From the NCBI GenBank assembly GCA_963787835.1, contig CAWBEI010000002.1:864001-928000 (forward strand): a DNA stretch of 64,000 bases, in the 5' to 3' direction. The notes beneath the pieces are model-generated. The model did no database searches. It had not been told where the DNA came from and saw only the letters and a program-made list of their open reading frames with translations. The translations under genes and the position numbers were made by a program. Below are positions 49,588 to 58,017 of the stretch, piece by piece. How positions within the stretch are numbered: position 1 is the first letter of the stretch; every line of letters starts with the position of its first letter. Source of the stretch: Ignavibacteriota bacterium. GTDB taxonomy: Bacteria > Bacteroidota > Ignavibacteria > Palsa-1295.

Positions 49588-49676
49588 CCCCTCACCCGGC
49601 CTCTCCCCCAAGGGGGAGAGGAGAATAGAATGAAAATATTCCTCTCCCCCTTGGGGGAGAGGTTAGGTGAGGGGTC
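49586..49676. repeat. CCTCTCCCC-type REPIN doublet, family F
   Basis: GACCCCTCACCCGGCCTCTCCCCCAAGGGGGAGAGG ... CCTCTCCCCCTTGGGGGAGAGGTTAGGTGAGGGGTC. Confidence 0.9.
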
Positions 49677-49730
49677 GTTTTAAATTCGAAACACATCCTT
49701 ACAAATTTCGTTATTTTTCATCCTGACTGT

Positions 49731-50957
49731 ATGTTGGATAAAAGAAAAATGCACCTATTACTACTCCATGTTCTAAGCCTGCTCTCGCTCGCTGCCCCTA
49801 TTTCTGGATGCAAACGGGATGTCGAAAATCCTGCCCAACATCCCTCCGGAGCGATCTATACGGTAAGCCAGCACCAGCCCGACCGCGATTCCGTGAACGC
49901 AACCATTTCCGGCGCACGCCGCAATGCGATCACCGTTGCGGTGGCAAAGGCAAGCCCAGCCGTTGTGGGAATTAATGTAACTGCCATCGAAGAGCGACAA
50001 GTTTGGAATCCATTTGCTGACGATCCTTTCTTTCGTAGATTCTTTGGCGGAGGAGGCACTCAAAAATATCAAGTCAAAGCGCTCGGCTCGGGATTTATCA
50101 TTTCTCCAGATGGGTATATCTTGACGAACGATCACGTCGCAGGAAACGCCACAAAAATTATCGTCACAACAACGGATGGATCTCAATATGACGCCCGGCT
50201 CATCGGCACCGATAATAATACGGATGTTTCCCTCCTCAAGATCAGTGGAAAGAATTTGCCGTATCTCAAACTCGGAAATTCAGACGATCTCGCCGTTGGT
50301 GAATGGGCGATCGCCATGGGAAATCCGTTCGGACTTTTTTCCATCAATGATAAGCCGACTGTGACCGTTGGAGTTATCAGCAATACGGGTGTGAATCTGG
50401 GCCTCGAACCGGACGAAAGCCATACGCATAATTATAATTACCGTAACATGATTCAGACTGATGCAGCGATTTCGAGCGGCAATTCCGGTGGGCCGCTGCT
50501 CAATGCAAATGGGGAAGTTGTTGGAATGAATGCCGTGATTCGTTCCACAGCGCAGAGTTATGAAGGCGCTGGTTCCATCGGACTTGGCTTTGCCATTCCC
50601 ATCAATCATGTGAAGGAAGTGGTTGATCGGTTGCGCTCCGGCGAGAAGCTCGATCACAATATCGGGAATATGGGTATGGCATTCCAGGATGTCGATGACA
50701 ATGCGAAAGAGATATTTAATCTGACAAGCGATGTCGGAGTTGTAGTCGCAACAATCAATTATGGTGGCGCAGCAGCCACCGCAGGTTTTGAACCTGGCGA
50801 CCTCATCACCGGATTGGATGACGAAAAGATCCGAAGTGCCTCCGGCCTGCAAAGCGCTCTTGCCGACCATATCGTCGGCGATAAGGTCACGTTCCATATC
50901 GTCCGCAAAGGCAGGAACGAAAGCATTTCGATTCGGCTGCCGGCGACCAAGAAATAG
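49731..50957 (+). CDS. HtrA/DegP-family serine protease (trypsin-like plus one PDZ), lipoprotein
   Basis: GSGFIIS, TNDHV, TDVSLLK, GNSGGPL; lipobox ISGC. Confidence 0.93.
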   Translation: MLDKRKMHLLLLHVLSLLSLAAPISGCKRDVENPAQHPSGAIYTVSQHQPDRDSVNATISGARRNAITVAVAKASPAVVGINVTAIEERQVWNPFADDPFFRRFFGGGGTQKYQVKALGSGFIISPDGYILTNDHVAGNATKIIVTTTDGSQYDARLIGTDNNTDVSLLKISGKNLPYLKLGNSDDLAVGEWAIAMGNPFGLFSINDKPTVTVGVISNTGVNLGLEPDESHTHNYNYRNMIQTDAAISSGNSGGPLLNANGEVVGMNAVIRSTAQSYEGAGSIGLGFAIPINHVKEVVDRLRSGEKLDHNIGNMGMAFQDVDDNAKEIFNLTSDVGVVVATINYGGAAATAGFEPGDLITGLDDEKIRSASGLQSALADHIVGDKVTFHIVRKGRNESISIRLPATKK

Positions 50958-50994
50958 CTGAACCGCGCTCGCAACGAAAATAACGGTCGCGTGG

Positions 50995-51723
50995 TTGAGG
51001 AGGGTGCGTATTTATATTGCGAGCAGCGAAATATATTTAGTGAAAGCCCCGCAGTCGTTCTTTGTCATACTTATCGCCATGGTCTGCGCCCACGCGGCGC
51101 TGCCAAATGCCGCATACTCACAAACTGCCGATAGCTCAAAAACAAAAAAGGCCAAGATCAAGGAGGTCCCCCTCAAAGAGGCTCTTGCACGCCACAAACC
51201 GGGCGATACCGTTGCCGTTGTTAACGGAGTGCTTGTTACGTATGAGGATTTCAACTCCGTGATGGCCGGGTATCTGAAATCGATCGTCGCCGAAACGAAG
51301 AATAATGTTGTCAATGATACGCTTTATACCGAGATCGTCGATTCGGCATGGAATCGCGTGATCAGCGACGTCATCATCGAGCACGAGATCGAGAAGCGTA
51401 AGCTGGAAATGTCCGTCGCCGCGATCAAGGATTCACTTATTGCATCGCCGCCCGATTTTCTGCATCAGCAATTCTCCGATTCGCTTGGCGCGTTTCATCC
51501 GGAGGTCATGCGGCAGGCGTTGGACGATCCCCGTAACGACACCATCGTGACCATGATCGTCGAGGGCGAGCGCGTCCGGTTGGAAACAGACCGGCTCATG
51601 GCAAGCCTCGCAAAAAAGGGCGCTTCGGAGGATGAACGAGAAGAAGCCTTTGCGGCGTGGCTGAAAAAAGCAAAGCGAGCAGCGACGATCGACGACCGCC
51701 GCACACGTTTCGGATTTTATTGA
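50995..51723 (+). CDS. SurA N-terminal-like domain periplasmic protein (start may be GTG near 51040)
   Basis: Signal peptide; VAVVNGVLVTYEDF; IIEHEIEKRKL; no PPIase domain seen. Confidence 0.65.
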   Translation: MRRVRIYIASSEIYLVKAPQSFFVILIAMVCAHAALPNAAYSQTADSSKTKKAKIKEVPLKEALARHKPGDTVAVVNGVLVTYEDFNSVMAGYLKSIVAETKNNVVNDTLYTEIVDSAWNRVISDVIIEHEIEKRKLEMSVAAIKDSLIASPPDFLHQQFSDSLGAFHPEVMRQALDDPRNDTIVTMIVEGERVRLETDRLMASLAKKGASEDEREEAFAAWLKKAKRAATIDDRRTRFGFY

Positions 51724-51751
51724 TTACTTCCCACCGTTCTGGGAACACTCC

Positions 51752-52585
51752 ATGACCAAATCGAACCACGTCCCCATCGATCCAAACGCCCCATCCGAAC
51801 CACGCGACATCCTCGAACCGCACGAGCACGTCGATGCGCTGGAACCGCCCGTCATTGAACCGGATGAGATCTTCGAGAACGATCCCGTCCGCGACCGTAC
51901 CCTTCCCAAGCGCCGCCTCGCGCGTGAGCGCGTCATGCAGATACTCTATGCCTTCGACCTCGGCGGCGGCGAGATCGATACCCTCTTTTGGGAACTCGCC
52001 GAACGCGAACTCCGCGAAGCCGACGAACGCGCCGGCATTATTCCCCCTCCTATAGAAGGAGGGGGTCAGGGGGTGGTTCCCAATTCTTTTAATTCTCCCC
52101 CTCCTACGCAGCGAAGCGGAGTAGGAGGCATTACTTCCCAAGGTGCTCCCCCTCCTGCGCAGCGAAGCGGAGTAGGAGGGGGCTGGGGGGTGGTTTCCCC
52201 AGACGATGAACCCAACGATGGCGCGCTCGAATTCGCCCGCGCACTCACACGCGCGCTCACGCAACACCGCGAGGAGATCAACCAGATCATTACCGAAAAG
52301 CTGCAGCGGTGGGAGTTCAGCCGCGTTGCGCTCATCGACCGCATTCTCATTCAGATGGGCATTGCGGAACTGCTCTACTTCCCGGACATCCCGCCGAAAG
52401 CTTCCATTAACGAGCTGATCGAGATCGCTAAGGATTATTCCACCGAGGAGAGCGGGAAGTTTATCAATGGCATCCTGCACGCGATCATGACGCACCTCAC
52501 CGATACCGGCAAAATAAAAAAATCCGGACGCGGGCTGATGGAAGAAAGCCAGAACGGCTACCGCCCCGCAAAACGCAAGCACTAA
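51752..52585 (+). CDS. nusB: Transcription antitermination factor NusB with a roughly 50-aa repeat-derived insertion
   Basis: RRLARERVMQILY, IDRILIQMG, INELIEIAKDYS, KFINGIL. Confidence 0.92.
   Translation: MTKSNHVPIDPNAPSEPRDILEPHEHVDALEPPVIEPDEIFENDPVRDRTLPKRRLARERVMQILYAFDLGGGEIDTLFWELAERELREADERAGIIPPPIEGGGQGVVPNSFNSPPPTQRSGVGGITSQGAPPPAQRSGVGGGWGVVSPDDEPNDGALEFARALTRALTQHREEINQIITEKLQRWEFSRVALIDRILIQMGIAELLYFPDIPPKASINELIEIAKDYSTEESGKFINGILHAIMTHLTDTGKIKKSGRGLMEESQNGYRPAKRKH
52042..52194 (+). repeat. Three tandem coding palindromic elements (CCCCCTCCT family) inside nusB
   Basis: Copies at 52042..52077, 52095..52128 (truncated) and 52146..52194. Confidence 0.93.
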
Positions 52586-52592
52586 TGCGCTG

Positions 52593-53903
52593 CTATTGCT
52601 TTACGAATTTCGCGCGGGAACTGCCATCCGTTACATAATAAATGCCCGGTTCCAGATGGGTGACATCGAGCGTGGTGCCCGAACCCTCCAGCGTAGCACT
52701 CATGCGCTCCCGGCCCATGATGTCGAAAAGATGAATTGTTCCGGATTCGGGGTCCATGATTTGTAACAGATCGTTGGCGGGATTCGGGAAAAGGCGGATG
52801 CTATTACTTAAAGGAGCATTTTGCAGAACACCAGATGGGGATTCAGGCAAAAAGGTTAGCTGACGAACTATCCGCCCGTCGAGTGTGATCTCCCAAAGCG
52901 GCGAAGATTCATCACCATCTTTATGCATGGAAACAGCAAGAGTCGAATCGGTAATAAACTCAGCATAAATACCCCAAAACGAATACATACAAAATGATTT
53001 TTGAAAATTGATAATGATTGGGGATGCAGCCATCGAATCAATCCTGTAAACCCATACTTGTGGAAATATGGTATCAGCGGGAGGACCTTGCCCATTGGGA
53101 CTTACACTAAGCGCCAAAAGCTTCTCATTTGTTGAAAAACTGGCCCATTGTAATAATTCAATGGAAGAGTCAAGCAGGGGCAGAGAAACTGAATTCATGT
53201 AATATGGGCTAAGGCCATATTGTCCATAATATCCCAGAAGATGATAGAGGCCTGATCGGGAATAAGCCTCGGTTCTCAAATCGCCACTCCAAGGCGATGG
53301 GATAATGGACTGCGTTTGCGGACAATATAACATCGTTGAATCGCTATGTAACCGCCAAGAGGATATTTCGAGAGTGTCATTTCCTGAATGCGAATTATAT
53401 TGCCACGAATTCAAGGAAAGCAATTCAACTGTATCGCCGACTGGACCGAAAATATTTGGTGTAATTCGATTACATTCGCCTGTCGATACGCGATATGTAT
53501 AAATATTTCCATAATGATTTAAGCCAGGGTATAACGAATCTGTTAGTAATACACTAATAGCTAAAAGATCGGAATCGTAAGGGCACCACGAAAAATTTCC
53601 ATATGCTAAAACTAATTTGGGAAGTAAAGGTTGAACGATTACTGTTTTCTGCCCCAACGTAGCAAGATCAATGATATAGATAGAATCCGTTTCATCTAAG
53701 GAACAGGCCAATTTCTTTCCATCTGGCGAAAGCGATTGGTACATATCCACAAAGGGTGGAATCCTTCGCCCATTAACTGTAGGTCCTGTATCACCGACTG
53801 GAATAGGGCAACAACATGAGTCCCGCTGGGCAAAAGCGGGATTGACTAACGAAGTCATAGCAGTGAGCATGGCAATGCTCACTGCTAACAAGCTCATTTT
53901 CAT
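52593..53903 (-). CDS. T9SS-secreted protein with TolB/PD40-like beta-propeller features
   Basis: Signal peptide; LSPDGKKLA, FSWCP, ASFSTNEKLLA; LFPNPA...PGIYYV...KFVKQ. Confidence 0.75.
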   Translation of the reverse strand: MKMSLLAVSIAMLTAMTSLVNPAFAQRDSCCCPIPVGDTGPTVNGRRIPPFVDMYQSLSPDGKKLACSLDETDSIYIIDLATLGQKTVIVQPLLPKLVLAYGNFSWCPYDSDLLAISVLLTDSLYPGLNHYGNIYTYRVSTGECNRITPNIFGPVGDTVELLSLNSWQYNSHSGNDTLEISSWRLHSDSTMLYCPQTQSIIPSPWSGDLRTEAYSRSGLYHLLGYYGQYGLSPYYMNSVSLPLLDSSIELLQWASFSTNEKLLALSVSPNGQGPPADTIFPQVWVYRIDSMAASPIIINFQKSFCMYSFWGIYAEFITDSTLAVSMHKDGDESSPLWEITLDGRIVRQLTFLPESPSGVLQNAPLSNSIRLFPNPANDLLQIMDPESGTIHLFDIMGRERMSATLEGSGTTLDVTHLEPGIYYVTDGSSRAKFVKQ

Positions 53904-53904
53904 T

Positions 53905-56388
53905 TTAATGGCGGACTAAAAATTTCGCAGTTTGTGAATCAGTTGGCGTTATCAGACGGCACGAATAGAAACCGTCGGAAAAGTTCGCGGTCTCGATTTG
54001 GAAATCGCTGTGTCCAGCAGTCAAGTTTTGCTCAAGAACTTTGCGGCCCAAAGCGTCGAAAACTTCAAACGTTCCGCGTTCGGATGATGATGAATGGATA
54101 AAGGTTAACGTGGAAGCAATCGAAGGATAGATGGAAAGACTACCATCTTCATTGCGAACTTGTTCGACGGCAGCAGGTGCGGTAGAACTCCCGAAGACCG
54201 TGATATTAATACCCAAGTTAGCAGTGAGCGGAAATTCATTCCAATGCGAGCCACCATCGGAACTTATTTCATACTGGAAGGTATGCGCTTGAACAACTTC
54301 AGAGAAGTTGTGACGTATTCCAGCACGTTTGATATTCGGATAAGCCCCATCTCCACCTTCAGCATCGGTTACTTCCGCCCATGGCTCTTGCATGATCGTA
54401 TTTCCTGGCATCCAGCCATATTGCGTTGCAGATGCAGACCCACCGCCTGTTCCCCATACATATACTTGCTTCGTCCTATCAATGGTTGAAGCATAAGTGA
54501 CCGAACCGATGATTTCACGCTGTTTCCACCAGTAAGTTCCTTTCGTAAGACTTCCGGAATAACCGACGTCCCAAAGCGTTATCGGGTCGGTAGTATGTGC
54601 GGTAATGGAGCTCCAATCACTTTCACTAAGAGCCGAGCCATTGGCGTTCGTAAGATCAGAACCACTGATAGTGTAATGGAACAAGCGATAGGTCTCAATG
54701 GTAGGGTCGAGCATGGTAAACATTTTATCGGCATGCAGGAAGCCCCATCCGGACGATGCCTTCTGGAAATTTTGGGACAATGACCCAGCATTTGCCGACG
54801 ATTCGAGCATTCCTTCCCAATCTTCTGTGAAAGGTTTTAGCGAGCTGGGAATCGAAGGATAGTAACTCATCATCAAGCCGAGCACACCGCTTACATGCGG
54901 AGCAGCAAAGGAAGTACCATACCACGATATAAGATTCTCCGGCATTCCAGACTGCAACATTACGATTGGGTTTGGTGCATCCCCACCTGGTGCAAGGAAG
55001 TCAACATAATCGTTCGTATTAGAGTATGTCTCCCATGACGAATTTGTTATGTCCGACGCACCAACAGCGATGATATCCATTTGGGGGTCATAATCAGAAG
55101 GATAATTTGTGGTGCTGCTACCTTGATTTCCTTTGATCGTTACAAATACCGCACCCTGCCGCGCCGCTTCGGCAATATTCTGACGAAGCGTGTAATCATC
55201 GTCAAATTGCTGAACGCTTGCATTCAAAATCTGGGCTCCATATCCATACTGAGGATGGTTAAGGGTTGGTGGATTTGGTGACTTTCCGACGGCATCCAAA
55301 ACCGCATCCTCAACATCACCTTCCACAACTCCTATATTAATAGCAGGGGTGATTCCACCTGTACCACAACGATAACCAAGGAGGCTAACACCTGTTCCGC
55401 TCTTCCCGCCTCCGGAGCAAGTATTCGTTCCCCATCCTCCAGCAACACCTGCCATTCCCCAATTGGTTGCTCCACCGCAACCAACATTATTTGTAAGCGC
55501 AGCAAGTACGGACGCAACATCTGTACCATGATCTGTAAGAACATACGCTGGAGACATTGTGTGACCATCTATTCCAGTGGGTCCATTTGACGGAACTTCT
55601 TCGTCCCATCCGCCAATAATATGATAACCTGACCCAATCCCGGCACCCATTTCACATTGATTATAATCGATCCCTTGATCTAATACTGCAACCTCAATGC
55701 TCGAGGAACCGACACTGTATGTCCATGCAGTTGGCATCCCAATATTATTTAGGCAATCCTGATTACCGTCTGTATATTGAGGATCGCATGGTGTGATTCC
55801 ACCCGCATGTCCTAACATGTTAGGTCCAGCCATATCCAAAGAAGCTGAATTTGTCAAAAAGAGATCAACGAGTGTAGGAACTACATTTGTATCATTATTG
55901 AAGTGCAGAATCATCCAGTCATAATGATCCATTGGTATTGTATCTCCCCTACGCGTTATACTTAAAGTGTCATAGCAAGGGCTTGCCGTTGTCATTCTGG
56001 TGAGATAACTCCCACCATACGAAAGTAAGATGCTCTTGAGAACTGGGTCTTCAATGATATTAAGTGTGAATTCCTGAGATCTTACTGCTTCTAAACATGT
56101 CCAACAGTATTCTTCGGAATCGTCCAGAACATGGTCGCCTTTTTGCATGGCCCCCATTCCAACAAGCGAACTACAATCGAAACAAAGGGAGTCCTGATTC
56201 AATGTTCCCTTATGAAATTTTAAAATAATCTGATCGTGAAGATAAGTGCTATCAGGCGGGGGAAATGTGTGAACTACAGTATCACCATTTACGGTAATTT
56301 CTTTGTATGTCCACGTTTGTGCTTTGCTCTCTTTTGAACCAATCGAGCAAACAATAATCACGAGGAGAAGGACTCGAAAAGTTTTCAT
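53905..56388 (-). CDS. S8 (subtilisin-like) serine peptidase with T9SS CTD
   Basis: ATG 56388 (MKTFRV signal peptide); VAVLDQG, HGTDVAS, GTSFAAPHVSG catalytic triad; CTD. Confidence 0.9.
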   Translation of the reverse strand: MKTFRVLLLVIIVCSIGSKESKAQTWTYKEITVNGDTVVHTFPPPDSTYLHDQIILKFHKGTLNQDSLCFDCSSLVGMGAMQKGDHVLDDSEEYCWTCLEAVRSQEFTLNIIEDPVLKSILLSYGGSYLTRMTTASPCYDTLSITRRGDTIPMDHYDWMILHFNNDTNVVPTLVDLFLTNSASLDMAGPNMLGHAGGITPCDPQYTDGNQDCLNNIGMPTAWTYSVGSSSIEVAVLDQGIDYNQCEMGAGIGSGYHIIGGWDEEVPSNGPTGIDGHTMSPAYVLTDHGTDVASVLAALTNNVGCGGATNWGMAGVAGGWGTNTCSGGGKSGTGVSLLGYRCGTGGITPAINIGVVEGDVEDAVLDAVGKSPNPPTLNHPQYGYGAQILNASVQQFDDDYTLRQNIAEAARQGAVFVTIKGNQGSSTTNYPSDYDPQMDIIAVGASDITNSSWETYSNTNDYVDFLAPGGDAPNPIVMLQSGMPENLISWYGTSFAAPHVSGVLGLMMSYYPSIPSSLKPFTEDWEGMLESSANAGSLSQNFQKASSGWGFLHADKMFTMLDPTIETYRLFHYTISGSDLTNANGSALSESDWSSITAHTTDPITLWDVGYSGSLTKGTYWWKQREIIGSVTYASTIDRTKQVYVWGTGGGSASATQYGWMPGNTIMQEPWAEVTDAEGGDGAYPNIKRAGIRHNFSEVVQAHTFQYEISSDGGSHWNEFPLTANLGINITVFGSSTAPAAVEQVRNEDGSLSIYPSIASTLTFIHSSSSERGTFEVFDALGRKVLEQNLTAGHSDFQIETANFSDGFYSCRLITPTDSQTAKFLVRH

Positions 56389-56580
56389 GGTTTTTTGAAA
56401 AAAATAGTTTGTGAAATGACGATGAGCGTACGAACTTGGACGCCCTTTTTGCAATTCTAAACAGTTTTTCAATATAATCAAATATTTTTAAAAGTCAAGT
56501 TTCTTAGAGAAAGACTGCCGATTAATATAGAATTAATTTATCCGAACCGAACCAATCCACAACCAGCGCGTTAGGTGTTT

Positions 56581-56613
56581 TGCTTTTATAGGCACCCTGT
56601 ATCAATTAAGAAG
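56581..56613 (+). repeat. Direct repeat, left copy, flanking the TA/REP cassette
   Basis: TGCTTTTATAGGCACCCTGTATCAATTAAGAAG; near-identical to 57688..57719. Confidence 0.8.
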
Positions 56614-56650
56614 CGCGTAGGTCGAGCGTCCTCGCTCGACGTGGCAGTCC
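56612..56650 (+). repeat. GTAG-type REP, family D, copy 1
   Basis: AGCGCGTAGGTCGAGCGTCCTCGCTCGACGTGGCAGTC; 2 mismatches to 57393..57430. Confidence 0.85.
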
Positions 56651-56740
56651 CCCTTGCCACGCCAAATGGCTTTTTGTGGTGCGATTGTCGGTCAGTCCGG
56701 GTCGAAGGTAGATCATATAGTTCTCTTCATAGCGCGGGGC

Positions 56741-56763
56741 GGATGTGCGCAGCACGTCCCTAC
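56741..56763 (-). repeat. GTAG-type REP, family E, single arm
   Basis: GGATGTGCGCAGCACGTCCCTAC; 22/23 to 59318..59340. Confidence 0.8.
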
Positions 56764-56898
56764 GGTTCCATGTTGCTGAAGCATACCACCAAGCCGTGAA
56801 CGTGGATTCCCTCAGGATAAATGTGTTACCTGTGAAAAAAAGTGTCTGACCAAATATGGACACGAAGTATCCTGTAAAACTGCCCACACCACGGATCG

Positions 56899-57111
56899 TT
56901 ACCCTGCAGCACCAACAAAGGGGGGTGCGATCTCCAGTTTTCTTAAGTCGATGATCTTGCTCGCGTATTGAAAGATATCAATGCCGACGATATTGCCATC
57001 TTTATCGAAATCGAGCACAACATTTGGCGCAACCTCTTTTGCATCGGCAGACTCCCTATCCGAGAGCGCGATGTACATCGAATCGGTATCTTTGTAATAG
57101 CTGAATTTCAT
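56899..57111 (-). CDS. DUF2283 domain protein (putative antitoxin)
   Basis: MKFSYYKDTDSMYI...VVLDFDKDGNIVGIDI is the typical pattern. Confidence 0.88.
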   Translation of the reverse strand: MKFSYYKDTDSMYIALSDRESADAKEVAPNVVLDFDKDGNIVGIDIFQYASKIIDLRKLEIAPPFVGAAG

Positions 57112-57371
57112 GTTCTCTTTTCGAGCTTGAAATTGCGGTCCGGAAAGGCATTCAAAACGGTCTCTCCGTCATCCAAGGTGATAACACGAATGTACTTATC
57201 TAATTCCGGTATAAATTTCCAATAACGCCTTCGGCCATCGGGTTGCGCATCGGTGGCATCGGGCCGAGCGATGGCGAGTTCGATCCACTCCTCGCGCAGG
57301 AACGGCCTTCTTTTCCGGACATCGTTCTCAAAATAAGGAGTGGTTTTCACTGGTGGAGGGAACAAGACCAT
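57108..57371 (-). CDS. Putative RelE/BrnT-fold toxin (DUF4258-like) paired with DUF2283; start may be GTG 57350
   Basis: EEWIELAIARP...DGRRRYW...YIRVITLDDGETVLNAFPDR; ATGA overlap with DUF2283. Confidence 0.75.
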   Translation of the reverse strand: MVLFPPPVKTTPYFENDVRKRRPFLREEWIELAIARPDATDAQPDGRRRYWKFIPELDKYIRVITLDDGETVLNAFPDRNFKLEKRT

Positions 57372-57392
57372 CTTTCTTGCCGTGCCCCGAAT

Positions 57393-57430
57393 AGCGCGTA
57401 GGTCGAGCGTCCTCGCTCGAGATGGCAGTC
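57393..57430 (+). repeat. GTAG-type REP, family D, copy 2
   Basis: AGCGCGTAGGTCGAGCGTCCTCGCTCGAGATGGCAGTC. Confidence 0.85.
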
Positions 57431-57541
57431 TGTATAAAAGGAAGTATCTGCCACGATCACAAATTCATCGAAAGAGAATTCCACGAGGAAATATGCAGCT
57501 TCCTAAGATCTTCTGGTAAGGGTAGTTCCTGCCTGGTGTCC

Positions 57542-57625
57542 GGTGTACAACGGATTTTAACCCGTTGCTCGCTACTCGCTCAGAATCCTGCACCGGGTTG
57601 AAACCCGGTGTACACACGAAGGTGG
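57542..57625. repeat. REP-like doublet, family J
   Basis: GTGTACAACGGATTTTAACCCGTTG ... CACCGGGTTGAAACCCGGTGTACAC. Confidence 0.7.
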
Positions 57626-57653
57626 TCGGTGTACACCTATTTTTTAGAAATAC

Positions 57654-57682
57654 TTGACATTGTTACTATAAGTCCGTATATT
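57654..57682 (+). promoter_or_regulatory. Near-consensus sigma70 promoter
   Basis: TTGACA-17 nt-TATATT. Confidence 0.65.
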
Positions 57683-57687
57683 GCAAT

Positions 57688-57719
57688 TGCTTTGATGGGC
57701 ACCTGTATCAATTAAGAAG
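57688..57719 (+). repeat. Direct repeat, right copy; runs into a heptamer arm (TAAGAAG TAAGAAT TAATAAT)
   Basis: TGCTTTGATGGGCACCTGTATCAATTAAGAAG. Confidence 0.8.
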
Positions 57720-57866
57720 TAAGAATTAATAATTAAGAGTGGGTGCTCGGTGGCTCATTGACAACTACGGCGGTGGCTTTCGTTATGAACGAGTTCTGTG
57801 TGATGGCAGAATTATGAATACTTGTTGGAACAAATGGCGAAATTGGCTCACATTCGAGGGTCCGCC

Positions 57867-57995
57867 ATGAGAGATCGGGAACTCACAAGAAAGAAAAACG
57901 GCACCTATTTCTGGAAGAATATCTTTATTGTTCTTCTCTTCAGCTTTGGAGTCACGTTGCTGAATTTCGAACGCGCCTGTTTGCAGGTTCGTTGA
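57867..57995 (+). CDS. Possible 42-aa single-TM peptide
   Basis: GAGG SD; MRDRELTRKKNGTYFWKNIFIVLLFSFGVTLLNFERACLQVR*; below the ORF-track cutoff. Confidence 0.3.
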   Translation: MRDRELTRKKNGTYFWKNIFIVLLFSFGVTLLNFERACLQVR

Positions 57996-58017
57996 GCAAG
58001 CCAAGTATTCTGAAAAA

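Noticed and set aside
51596-52582. 328-aa minus-strand ORF, and other long antisense ORFs such as 27783..28877, 58243..59076 and 20725..21510
   Set aside because: Shadow ORFs opposite well-supported genes
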